Assembly: GCA_964016885.1 (NCBI GenBank)
Contig: OZ024761.1
Span: forward strand, 3,782,001 to 3,846,000
Origin: Eledone cirrhosa
Taxonomy: Eukaryota
Direction: 5' to 3'
Length of the DNA: 64,000 nucleotides
A model generated the notes under the pieces. The model saw only the letters and a list, made by a program, of their open reading frames with translations, was not told the origin of the DNA and made no database searches. The position numbers were made by a program, and so were the translations under genes. Shown in pieces: positions 1 through 12,295 of the stretch (position 1 is the stretch's first letter; every line of letters starts with the position of its first letter).

Positions 1-3000
1 TGGTGTCTGGTGAGATATGGAGTCTGGTGTGATATGGAGTCTGGTGTGATATGGAGTCTGGTGTGATATGGTGTCTGGTGTGATATGGTGTCTGGTGAGA
101 TATGGTGTCTGGTGTGATATGGTGTCTGGTGTGATATGGTGTCTGGTGAGATATGGTGTCTAGTGAGATATGGTGTCTGGTGAGATAGATATGGTTTCTG
201 GTGAGATATGGTGCCAGGTGTGATATGATGTCTGGTGAGATATGGTGTCTGGTGTGATATGGTGTCTGGTGAGATATGGTGTTTGGTGAGATAGATATGG
301 TGTCTGGTGAGAAAGATATGGTGTCTAGTGTGATATAGTGTCTGGTTAGATATGGTGTCTGGTGTGATATGGTGTCTGGTGTGATATGGTGTCTAGTGAG
401 ATATGGTGTCTGGTGTGATATAGTGTCTGGTGAGATATGGTGTCTGGTGAGATATGGAGTCTGGTGTGATATGGAGTCTGGTGTGATATGGTGTCTGGTG
501 TGATATGGTGTCTGGTGAGATATGGTGTCTGGTGTGATATGGTGTCTGGTGTGATATGGTGTCTGGTGAGATATGGTGTCTAGTGAGATATGGTGTCTGG
601 TGAGATAGATATGGTTTCTGGTGAGATATGGTGCCAGGTGTGATATGATGTCTGGTGAGATATGGTGTCTGGTGTGATATGGTGTCTGGTGAGATATGGT
701 GTTTGGTGAGATAGATATGGTGTCTGGTGAGATATAGTGTCTGGTGAGATATAGTGTCTGGTGAGATATGGTGTCTGGTGTGATATGCTGTCTGGTGAGA
801 TATAGTGTCTGGTGTGATATGGTGTCTGGTGTGATATGGTGTCTGGTGAGATATAGTGTCTGGTGTGATATAGTGTCTGGTGAGATATGGTGTCTGGTGT
901 GATATGCTGTCTGGTGAGATATAGTGTCTGGTGTGATATGGTGTCTGGTGTGATATGGTGTCTGGTGAGATATAGTGTCTGGTGAGATATAGTGTCTGGT
1001 GAGATATGGTGTCTGGTGTGATATGCTGTCTGGTGAGATATAGTGTCTGGTGAGATATAATGTCTGGTGAGATATGGTGACTGGTGTGATATAGTATCTG
1101 CTGTGATATGGTGTCTGGTGAGATATGGTGTCTGGTGACATATGGTGTCTGGTGACATATAGTGAGTGGTGAGATATGGTGTCTGTTGTGATATACTGTC
1201 TGGTGGTGAGATAGATATGATGTCTGGTGTGATATGGTGTCTGGTAAGATATGGTGTCTGGTGAGATATAATGTCTGGTGTGATATAGTGTCTGGAGAGA
1301 TATTGTGTCTGGTGTGATATAGTGTCTGGTGAGATATAGTGTCTGGTGAGATATGGTTTCTGGTGAGATATGGTGTCTGTTGAGATATGGTGTCTGGTGT
1401 GAAATGGTGTCTGTTGAGATATGGTGTCCGGTGTGATATGGTGCCTTGTGAGCTATAGTGCCTGTGAGATATGGTGTCTGGTAAGATATGGTGTCTGGTG
1501 AGATAGATATGGTGTCTGGTGAGATACAGTGTCTGGTGAGATATAGTGTATGGTGTGATATGGTGTCTGGTGTGATATGGTGTCTGGTGAGATATAGTGT
1601 CTGGTGAGATATGGTGTCTGGTGAGATATGGTGTCTGGTGAGAAGTGGTGTCTGGTGTGATATAGTGTCTGGTGTGATATGGTGTCTGGAGAGATATGGT
1701 TTCTGGTGTGATATGGTGTCTGGTGAGATATGATGTCTGGTGAGATATGGTGTCTGGTGTGATAGATATTGTGTCTGGTGAGATATAGTGTCTGGTGTGA
1801 TATGGTGTTCGGTGCGATATAGTGTCTGGTGAGATATAGTGTCTGATGAGATATAATGTCTGGTGAGATAGATATGGTGTCTGGTGTGATATGGTGTCTG
1901 GTGAGATATAGTGACTGGTGAGATATGGTGTCTGGTGTGATATGGTGTCTGGTGTGATATGGTGTCTGGTGTGATATGGTGTCTGGTGAGAACAGTGTCT
2001 GGCGTGATAGATATGGTGTCTGGTAAGATATGGTGTCTGCTGAGATAGATATGGTGTCTGGTGAGATACAGTGTCTGGTGAGATATAGTGTCTGGTGTGA
2101 TATGGTGTCTGGTTAGATATAGTGTATGTTGTGATATAGTGTCTGGTGCGATATGGTGTCTGGTGAAATATGGTGTCTGGTGAGATATAGTGTCTGGTGA
2201 GATAGATATATTGTCTGGTGAGATATGGTGTCTGGTGAGATATGGTGCCAGGTGTGATATGGTGTCTGGTGAGATATGGTGTCTGATGAGATATAGTGTC
2301 TGGTGAGATATAATGTCTGGTGAGATAGATATGGTGTCTGGTGAGATATGGTGTCTGGTGTGATATGGTATCTGGTGTGTTATAGTGTCTGGTGAGATAT
2401 AGTGTCTAGTGAGATATGGTGTCTGGTGAGATAAATATAGTGTCTGGTGAGATATGGTGTCTGGTGAGATAAAATGTCTGGTGTGATATGGTGTCTGGTG
2501 AGATAGATATAGTGTCTGGTGAGATATGGTGTCTGGTGGGATAGATATGGTGTCTGGTGAGATATGGTGTCTGGTGTGATATGGTATCTGGTGTGTTATA
2601 GTGTCTGGTGAGATATAGTGTCTGGTGAGATATGGTGTCTGGTGAGATAAATATAGTGTCTGGTGAGATATGGTGTCTGGTGAGATAAAATGTCTGGTGT
2701 GATATGGTGTCTGGTGAGATATAGTGTCTGGTGTGATATGGTGTCTAGTGTGATATGGTGTCTGGTAAGATATGGTTTCTGGTGAGATATAATGTCTGGT
2801 GTGATATAGTGTTTGGAGAGATATTGTGTCTGGTGTGATATGGTGTCTGGTGAGATATAGTGTCTGGTGAGATATGGTGTCTGGTGAGATATGGTGTCTG
2901 GTGTGATATGATGTCTGGTGAGATATGGTGTCTGGTGTGATATGGTGTCTGGTGAGATAGATATAGTGTCTGGTGTGATATGGTGTCTGGTGAGATAGAT

Positions 3001-3875
3001 ATAGTGTCTGGTGTGATATGGTGTCTGGTGAGATATGGTGTCTGGTGTGATATGGTGTCTGGTGAGATATGGTGTCTGGTGTGATATGGTGCCTTGTGAG
3101 ATATAGTGCCTGTGAGATAGATATGGTTTCTGGTGAGATATGGTGTCTGGTGAGATATAGTGTCTGGTGAGATATGGTGTTTGGTGTGATATGGTGTCTG
3201 GTGAGATACAGTGTCTGGTGAGATATAGTGTATGGTTTGATATGGTGTCTGGTGTGATATGGTGTCTGGTGAAATATGGTGTCTGGTGAGATATGGTGTC
3301 TGGTGTGATATGGTGTCTGGTGAGATACAGTGTCTGGTGAGATATAGTGTATGGTTTGATATGGTGTCTGGTGTGATATGGTGTCTGGTGAAATATGGTG
3401 TCTGGTGAGATATGGTGTCTGGTGTGATAGATATTGTGTCTGGTGAGATATGGTGTCCGATGAGATATAATGTCTGGTGAGATAGATATTGTGTCTGGTG
3501 AGATATGGTGTCCGATGAGATATGGTGTCTGGTGTGATATGGTGTCTCGTGTGATATGGTGTCTCGTGAGATATGGTGTCTGGTGTGATAGATATTGTGT
3601 CTGGTGAGATATGGTGTCTGGTGTGATATAGTGTCTGGTGAGATATGGTGTCTGGTGAGATATGGTGTCTGGTGTGATATAGTGTCTGGTGAGATATGGT
3701 GTCTGGTGTGATATGATGTCTGGTGTGATATGATGTCTGGTGTGATATGTCGTCTGGTGAGATATAATGTCTGGTGAGATATGGTGTCTGGTGTGATATG
3801 GTGTCTGGTGAGATATGGTGTCTGGTGTGATATGGTGTCTGGTGAGATATGGCGTCTGGTGTGATATGGTGTCTG
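1..3875. repeat. 17-bp satellite (TGGTGTCTGGTGWGATA)n with occasional 21-bp (+GATA) variants
   Basis: Continuous tandem array from the window start. Positions ~40-300 recur almost exactly 420 bp later. ORF 580..1158 is a translation artefact. Confidence 0.97.
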
Positions 3876-4109
3876 TTATTGTCTGTCATCATTTTCTCAG
3901 GGAGATTTTTTTATACAGAACCAAACTGTGGAACTAAAATAAGCACAGAAATAGAAATCCCTCTCAGAAATGGTAAAAAGGGTTACCTCATGAAAAGATG
4001 GGGACATGTGACATGTGACAGAACTGAAATGTATTTAAACCGAAACGTATATAAACCTAATCTTAGTTTATAAAATGTATATTGATGTATGTATATGTAT
4101 ATATCTATG

Positions 4110-4266
4110 CAGTGGAATCCCGTTAAAGTGAAATTCATCGGCTATAAAAAAATTCGTTTTAGCGAGATTGTCCTAACATATTTAGCGTGTGACCCGGGAA
4201 TGAAGGAAATACGTTATACTGAAAAATTTGTTATAATGGTCTTCGTTAAAATGGAATTTTACCTGT
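4110..4266. mobile_element. Degenerate Tc1/mariner (pogo/Tigger-like) MITE
   Basis: Imperfect terminal inverted ends CAGTGGAATCCCGTTA...TAAAATGGAATTTTACCTG in TA-rich flanks. A related left end lies at ~27131. Confidence 0.4.
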
Positions 4267-4330
4267 GTATATATATAACCACAGTCAGTAAGGTATTCAA
4301 TACATTAGTAGAGTATATAGAAAAACATTT

Positions 4331-4450
4331 AATATAGAAATGGCTTCTACAAGACTAGAACTGTTTCATTCGAAGGAAATCATCAGGGATTTTCCTGATG
4401 ATTTCCTTCGACTGAAACAGTTCTAGTCCTGTAGAAGCCATTTCTATATT
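4331..4450. mobile_element. Palindromic Penelope-like terminal remnant with back-to-back hammerhead-like cores
   Basis: Arms 4331-4387 and 4394-4450 are near-perfect inverted repeats. Each carries CTGATGA-(12 nt)-GAAAC. Same family at 47680-47799. Confidence 0.6.
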
Positions 4451-4457
4451 TAAATTT

Positions 4458-4505
<48 letters not shown>

Positions 4506-5167
4506 AAAAAAAAAATTTTGCTTCACATGGCTGAATACAATAAATGTAGTCTGAGTTTTTCGAATATTAATAATAACATTCGATTTGTTTACAATTATGC
4601 AAAGAAGCCTCATTTTTAAATCCATGTGAGTAGAATGAACCCTTCATTCTTGCTCTTGTGTTGGCATATATATATATAAAGAGTGAGAAATGAAATTTTG
4701 TTTCATTTTTTTCCGTTTATATATATATATATATGATGAAGGACTAGCATCTGAAACATTAAGACCCTCTTCCTGCTATATCAAGTGTTAACCTAATATA
4801 TCCCTTCCATATTCTGTACCGATTGTGTTATTATTTCTGTTTACCTTTTACACACATATATATATATACGATATTAAACAAATGGAAACTATATTTATAT
4901 TTATAAAACCATATTTATTTCTCCGGCTTAGCCTGTTCCCCCCCTTTTTGGAACTTTCCCCCGTTGATGGGCGTGAGCCCGAAATATTGGGATTAAATCT
5001 CCACTACGGTAACCCTTCTACCTTTGTTTTGTTTTCATCTTTGTCTCTCTCAATTTTCACTTTCTCCTATTTCTCCTATCTATCATTCACTTCCTACCTC
5101 GAGATTTCCCTCTGCATTGTTGTGGCTTTCTAAACTACGTATTTTATATATATATATATATATATAT

Positions 5168-5538
5168 TTGTTTAGCAAGATTCTTTATCTGAAATCGTGT
5201 GTTGAAACCGATATTGTTATACTTTGGGAGGGTCATGTTGCCAATAAGAAACACACGCACCAGTTGTTTCACTTCAATTTATTATAAACAAAATGGCGTA
5301 GGACAGAACAAAGGAGAGGCACAAAAACAAAGAAAAGAATCCCCAGTCACTGAAGAGGTCACAGAATGTGTGACGAAAGAACTTTGACAATATATAAACA
5401 ACTATCTGGTTGTGGAACCAACCAACCAACCAGAAATTTAATTTATAAATTCCTAAATTTATAAATTTATTATAATAAATTGATGTGAAACAACTGGTGC
5501 GTGTGTTTCTTATTGGCAACATGACCCTCCCAAAGTAT

Positions 5539-5546
<8 letters not shown>
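5168..5546 (+). mobile_element. Penelope-like element terminus (inverted-arm structure) containing a hammerhead ribozyme
   Basis: ~75-bp inverted repeats (5211-5287 / 5470-5546) surround a hammerhead core, in (TA)n flanks. Second copy 6920-7340; remnant ~45820-45975. Confidence 0.7.
5346..5388 (+). ncRNA. Minimal type I hammerhead ribozyme motif
   Basis: gtca-CTGAAGA-g-gtcaca(gaatg)tgtgac-GAAA-gaac-TT-tgac. Stems I and II pair; stem III is minimal. Confidence 0.7.
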
Positions 5547-5577
<31 letters not shown>

Positions 5578-5581
<4 letters not shown>

Positions 5582-5761
5582 TCTACTTTAGGCACAAGGC
5601 CAGCAATAACCCAGTTCATTACTGGTACTTTATTTTATCGACCCCGTAAGGATGAAAGGCAAAGTCAACCTCGGCGGGATTTGAACTCAGATCGTAAAGG
5701 GACGTATGTATGCTGGAAAGCATGGCGTCCGACCCTCTACCGATACTGCCAATCCACCGCC
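5578..5761 (-). mobile_element. tRNA-derived SINE
   Basis: On -: A-box-like TGGCAGTATCGG, B box GAGTTCAAATCC, then the conserved GCCTTTCATCCTT...GGTCGATAAAATAAAGTACCAG core. Further copies at 39460-39697, 39745-40016 and 47100-47265. Confidence 0.8.
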
Positions 5762-5993
5762 TATATATATATATATATATATGTGTGTATGTATGTATGT
5801 ATGTATGTATGTATGTATGTATGTATGTATGTATGTATGTATGTATGTATGTATGTATGTATGTATGTATGTATGTATGTATATATGTATGTATATATGT
5901 ATGTATATATGTATGTATATATGTATGTATATATGTATGTATATATGTATGTATATATGTATGTATATATGTATGTATATATGTATGTATATA
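5762..5993. repeat. (TA)n/(TATG)n/(TATGTATGTATA)n compound microsatellite
   Basis: Read directly from the sequence. Confidence 0.95.
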
Positions 5994-6794
5994 TCATCAT
6001 CATCATCATCATCAACGTTTAACGTCCGTGTTCCACGCTTGCATGGGTTTGGACGGGGATTTTCCCACTTGAGGCAAGAGTGATTGTCTTGCTCGCATAG
6101 GACTGTCTGGCGGGTTTTCTACAGCTGGATGCCTTTCCTAACACCAACCACATTTACAGTGTGGGGCTGGGAGGTTTTTACCGTGTTGCCTACACGGCCA
6201 CATTACAGCGTGGACTGTCTGGCAGGTTTTCTACAGCTGGATGCCCTTCCTAACACCAACCACATTTACAGTGTGGGTCTGGGAGGTTTTTACCGTGTTG
6301 CCTACACGGCCGCATTACAGCGTGGACTTTGTGTTTTTTTGTCGTGACACCTACACGATCTCATTTGTTTCGGCCTGGATGTTGTGGCACCAATATAACT
6401 TTACATTGAAGGGGCGGTGTGGATGGGGTGGGGGTGGTGGGACGGGGGTGTATTTTGTTAGAGATGCCTCCTGGCTGTAGTAGGTTTTACTTTGTATTTA
6501 GGTAAGGCGGGTCTTCTCTATTACTGAGTACCGCCAAAGGTCTCGGTCCAGTGACATTGTCTTGGAGAGGCGTAAGTGTGTGAGGTCAGAATTTATCAGC
6601 TCGTCCCAGGTTTTTCTGGGTCTGCCTACTCCATAGCTACTGTCTATCTTTATTGCCCTGCACTTTGTTATACAGCTGTCGTCTTTCATGCGCATCACGT
6701 GACCATACCAACGTAGCCTTCTCTCGAGTCACGTGACCATACCAACGTAGCCTTCTCTCGAGTCACGTGACTATACCAACGTAGCCTTCTCTCG
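5994..6794 (-). mobile_element. 5'-truncated RTE-clade LINE (ORF C-terminus + 3' UTR + (TGA)n tail)
   Basis: ORF 6498..6698 contains GRPRKTW...DRDLWR, preceded by RRLRWYGHV. (TGA)n tail. A 34-bp unit is triplicated at the 5' break (6696-6794). Near-identical shorter copy at 26423-26895. Confidence 0.85.
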
Positions 6795-6869
6795 ATATAT
6801 GTATGTATATATGTATGTAAATATATATGTATGTATATAAATATATATATAGTCTATATCCATAGTATA

Positions 6870-6919
<50 letters not shown>

Positions 6920-6927
<8 letters not shown>

Positions 6928-7340
6928 ATACTTTGGGAGGGTCATGTTGCCAATAAGAAACACATGCACCAGTTGCTTTCACTCAAATTTATTATAAATT
7001 AAATTATAAATGTAAAAAAACTAAGCACACGACACACACAAAAACAAGATGGCGTAGGACAGAACAAAGGAGAGGCACAAAACAAACAAAAGAATCCCAG
7101 TCACTGAAGAGGTCACAGAATGTGTGACGAAAGAACTTTGACAATATATGAACAACCGCCCGGCTGTGGAACCAACCAACCAACCGGAAATTTATAAATA
7201 TAATTTATAATAAATTGGAGTGAAAGCGACTGGTGCGTGTGTTCTTATTGGCAACATCAACCTCCCAAAGTATAACAATATCGGTTTCAACACACGTTTT
7301 CAGATAAAGAATCTTGCTAAACAAATTCAGGAACGAAATA
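6920..7340 (+). mobile_element. Second copy of the inverted-arm Penelope-like terminus, with hammerhead at 7100-7142
   Basis: Same core as 5346-5388. The right arm extends further than in copy 1. Confidence 0.7.
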
Positions 7341-7626
7341 TATATATATGTGTGTGTGTGTGTGTGTTTTAAAAAAGAAAGAAAAGATATGACTTCTAAT
7401 TAGATAAAGCAATAAACATTGTAATTTTATAGCTCTGACAGTTTACTGATAAAATAAATATTACATTTTATCTCTCACTCTTAACGTTTGTTAAGTTCAC
7501 ATCTCTTTGTATATATACATATATATATAGAGTGTCCCCCAAACATGTATACACACTTTGATTACCTGTACAGGCAATATTTATTAGAATGTTTTTCAAG
7601 TGTGTATATATTTTTCGGGGACACCC

Positions 7627-7687
<61 letters not shown>

Positions 7688-8001
7688 TGTTCAAACACAT
7701 ATATGTATGTATAATATATATATTTTCTTCTTTCAGTTGGGAAACACAACAGCAGGTGATAGGGAGAAGAGAACATCTTTTTAATAAGCTCAACATTTTA
7801 ACATTAATAAGAGCAGCCCAACTTGTATATAATCCCAGTTCAATGGAATCAATATCGATCACCAAACTAAATATTGAGTGGCCGCGTCTCTGAGAGAAGC
7901 AAAAAACAATATTTTTCAGTTAAAAGATTTTATTTTTTTCAACGTCGATATTTTTGCTATTTTTTTTCCATGTCTTTCGTTTATTGTAAAAAGGAAAAGT
8001 G

Positions 8002-9019
8002 ATGTCTGCAGTGGATCATCATAAATATTATTTAAAATCTATCATAGCTGGTTCGATCTTCAGACGGAGAGATGTTTTATTTTCTTATCAGAAAATGAAT
8101 TCAAAACGATATTTTAATGTTGATATTAATTATAACATCGACTTCAATGTCATTCCATCGTCCTATTATTTTATAACGACTATTTCTATAATAATTCTCA
8201 TTATTTTTGCTACTATGAATGGCTGTGTGGCTGAAAATATACCTTCATCCCCATCTTCTTATTCGTTAGATTTCAATATGTCTAGATACCACAATTACGA
8301 AGAAATGACGAGGTTTTTGAAGAAATGTGTACAGATTTACCCTAACCTGGCTCGGTTGCACGAGGTGGGTAGAAGTGTAGAGAATCGGACGTTGTGGGCC
8401 CTGGAAATCTCCGAGTCTGTCGGAATAGCAGTTCCAGGGAAACCCAAATTAAAGCTAGTCGCTAACATACATGGCAACGAAGCTGTCGGACGAGAACTTT
8501 TGCTTCGATTAGCCTGGTATCTACTTCGAACTTACAACTATACCGGTATCGATCGAATCAGTCAACTTCTGAAGACTGCCTATATTTATTTAATGCCGTC
8601 CATCAACCCTGACGGCTTTGAGAAAGCTAATGAAGGCGATTGTACGGGGAGCACGGGTAGACTCAATTCAAATGGGGTCGATTTAGATAGGAATTTTCCC
8701 GATAAGTTCGCGTCGGACCCAGAACATTCTAAATATTATATTGAACCAGAAACAGAAGCTATGAAAAACTGGCTGACCCGAAACCACTTTGTGCTGTCGG
8801 CATGTCTTCGCGGGAGTAAATTAGCAGTAACTTATCCTTTCAACAACTCACTTCAAAATAAACCTAAAGGACCTTACACTACTGACGCTGCCCTCTTCCA
8901 ACACTTGGCACATGTTTACCTCGATTCCCACCCAACCACGTCCGGGGGTGACCAATGCTCAGGAAATAATTTCAACACCCAGGAGATTACCAAAGGCATA
9001 TACAGGTCTGAGAAAATAG
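8002..9019 (+). CDS. CPD: M14B metallocarboxypeptidase (carboxypeptidase D-like), first coding exon; predicted catalytically inactive domain
   Basis: Motifs YHNYEEM, GRSVENRTLWALEIS, PGKPKLKLVANIHGNEAVGRE, MPSINPDGFE, GRLNSNGVDLDRNFPD, EPETEAM..W. A hydrophobic signal-like stretch precedes the domain. Donor AG|GTAAGT at 9019/9020 (phase 1). The start could be ATG 8002 or 8095. Orthology to CPD versus a paralog is not proven. Confidence 0.9.
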
Positions 9020-9199
9020 GTAAGTACCCACAAAGATTTTTTATTAATTATTTTCATTGGTTTCGGTCATTAGACTATGTCCATGCTGGGGTACCGGGTA
9101 CCACATTGATGGGTCTTTGTTTTTCTTGGTCCTATCCACCCCAATCTCCTTTCTGCCGAACTACTAAACTACAGGAACTAAACAAATAGCAAACGTAAA

Positions 9200-9345
<146 letters not shown>

Positions 9346-9494
9346 CATAAACAGACATACACAGACACACCTGAGCATTGTACACAATGATTTCATTATT
9401 ATTATCATTTTAGACACACACACACACTCAAACACATAAACAGACATACACAGAGGCGCACACACTGACACACTCACACCCACACACATGCACA

Positions 9495-11492
9495 CAAGCT
9501 GGTAATACATACATCTACAACACATAAGCAGGTAATACATACATCTAGGACCACATGCAACACACAACCAGGTAATACACACATCTAGGACCACATACAA
9601 CACACAATCAGGTAATACACACATCTAGGACCACAAACAACACACTGTCAGGTAATACACACATCTAGGACCACATACAACACACAAGCAAGTAATACAC
9701 ACATCTAGGACCACATACAATACATAAGCAGGTAATACACACATCTAGGACCACATACAACACACAAGCAGGTAATACACACATCTAGGACCACATACAA
9801 CACACAAGCAGGTAATACACACATCTAGGACCACATACAACACACAAGCAAGTAATACACACATCTAGGACCACATACAATACATAAGCAAGTAATACAC
9901 ACATCTAGGACCACATACAACACACAACCAGGTAATACACACATGTAGGACCACATACAACACACCAGCAGGTAATACATACATCTAGGACCACATACAA
10001 CACACAACCAGGTAATACACACATGTAGGACCACATACAACACACCAGCAGGTAATACACACACCTAGGACCACATACAACACACAAGCAGGTAATACAC
10101 ACATCTAGGACCACATACAACACACCAGCAGGTAATACACACATCTAGGACCACATACAACACACAAGCAGGTAATACACACATCTAGGACCACATACAA
10201 TACATAAGCAAGTAATACACACATCTAGGACCACATACAACACACAACCAGGTAATACACACATGTAGGACCACATACAACACACCAGCAGGTAATACAT
10301 ACATCTAGGACCACATACAACACACAACCAGGTAATACACACATGTAGGACCACATACAACACACCAGCAGGTAATACACACACCTAGGACCACATACAA
10401 CACACAAACAGGTAATACACACATCTAGGACCACATACAACACACCAGCAGGTAATACACACATCTAGAACCACATACAACACACAAGCAGGTAATACAC
10501 ACATCTAGGACCACATACAACACACCAGCAGGTAATACACACATCTAGGACCACATACAACACACAAGCAGGTAATACACACATCTAGGACAACATACAA
10601 CACACAAGCAGGTAATACACACATCTAGGACCACATACAACACACCAGCAGGTAATACACACATCTAGGACCACATACAATGCACCAACAGGTAATACAC
10701 ACATCTAGGACCACATACAACACACAAGCAGGTAATACACACATCTAGGACCACATACAACACATAAGCAGGTAATACGCACATCTGGGACAACATACAA
10801 TACATAAGCAGGTAATACATACATCTAGGACCACATACAACACACCAGCAGGTAATACATACATCTAGGACCACATACAACACATAAGCAGGTAATACAT
10901 ACATCTAGGACCACATACAACATACAAGCAGGTAATACACACATCTAGGACCACATACAATACATAAGCAGGTAATACACACATCTAGGACCACATACAA
11001 CGCACCAGCAGGTAATACATACATCTAGGACCACATACAATACATAAGCAGGTAATACATACATCTAGGACCACATACAATACATAAGCAGGTAATACAT
11101 ACATCTAGGACCACATACAATACATAAGCAGGTAATACATACATCTAGGACCACATACAATACATAAGCAGGTAGTACATACATCTAGGACCACATACAA
11201 TACATAAGCAGGTAATATATACATCTAGGACCACATACAATACATAAGCAGGTAATACATACATCTAGGATCACATACAACACATAAGCAGGTAATACAC
11301 ACATCTAGGACCACATACAACACACCAGCAGGTAATACATACATCTAGGACCACATACAATGTACCAACAGGTAATACACACATCTAGGACCACATACAA
11401 CACACAAGCATGTAATATATACATCTAGGACTACATACAATACATAAGCAGGTAATACATACATCTAGGACCACATACAATACATAAGCAGG
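9495..11492. repeat. 40-bp minisatellite (CAGGTAATACACACATCTAGGACCACATACAACACACAAG)n, ~50 units
   Basis: Strict 40-bp period with variant positions. The repeated ORFs indicate a 320-bp internal duplication. Confidence 0.95.
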
Positions 11493-12295
11493 CGAAAGGG
11501 GTGAACAAACCAACCACTACCACACTAAAAGATAACAATATTGCGAGGAGCACTGGAAAACCTCTCTAATAATTTTTAAGGCAAGCCATCACTCTTGCAG
11601 CATGACCTCGGGTGATGGCGAGGCTGATACGCTGGAACAGCCAAGCTCATTCACAAGCATCACCAGTTACCTCAATTAGGATAATGGTCCTGTGCACAGT
11701 TTCCGTCTACCAAATCTCACTTAAAAGACATTGTTGATATCAAGGCTATAGTAGAAGAATGTCATTTGACTAAGATGCCTGGCAATGGGACTGAAATATT
11801 TGAAGGTTGTAAATAGAGTCAAACATCTGGATTAAGTTTGCATGTGACCCTTAGCTGAAAATTTCATTAAGGCCCTTATGTAACATGTGGGTTGAGTTTA
11901 CATAGGTTTGTTTGGCTGAAATTTTAATTGGTACCAATGTGTATGGAGGTGATGGCAGATTAGGCTTGCATGTGGCCACTACATAAACATTTAATTGGGG
12001 TCTGGGGGGGGGGGGATTTTGTGTAGGATGTGGATTAACCTTGCATGTTATCTCTAGTTGAAAATTTCATCAAGGTCCTTGTGGACATTAAGCTTGTATG
12101 AGGTCCCTGGCTCAAGGTCATTGTGCATGGAAGGATGGGAGTTTAAATTAAGGTTGTATGAGGTCCCTGGCTCAATAATTTTATCGGGGCACTTGCAATT
12201 TATCTAGATCCCGCTAAATATTGTGGGGCTCTAAACTGCAACCTTATTAGCCTACACCCTTTAATCTGCTACTGGTCACAAAGGAAATTCTAAAC

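Noticed and set aside
4734-4800. Hammerhead-like remnants TGATGAAGGACTAGCATCTGAAAC (also - strand ~40600-40640)
   Set aside because: The cores are truncated or mutated (missing C3/stem I in one, GAAA->AAAA in the other). They are Penelope-terminus debris, not called functional.
7721-7740. Possible splice acceptor (TTTTCTTCTTTCAG) upstream of the carboxypeptidase start
   Set aside because: It may mark the start of a 5' UTR-containing exon, but this cannot be supported without transcript data.
9020-9189. ORF continuation KYPQRFF...ELNK after the carboxypeptidase exon
   Set aside because: Homology stops at a canonical GTAAGT donor and resumes in phase at 46069, so this is intron read-through.
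9495-11492. 40-bp repeat with variable positions, considered as a CRISPR-like array
   Set aside because: There are no unique spacers and no cas genes. It is a plain eukaryotic minisatellite.
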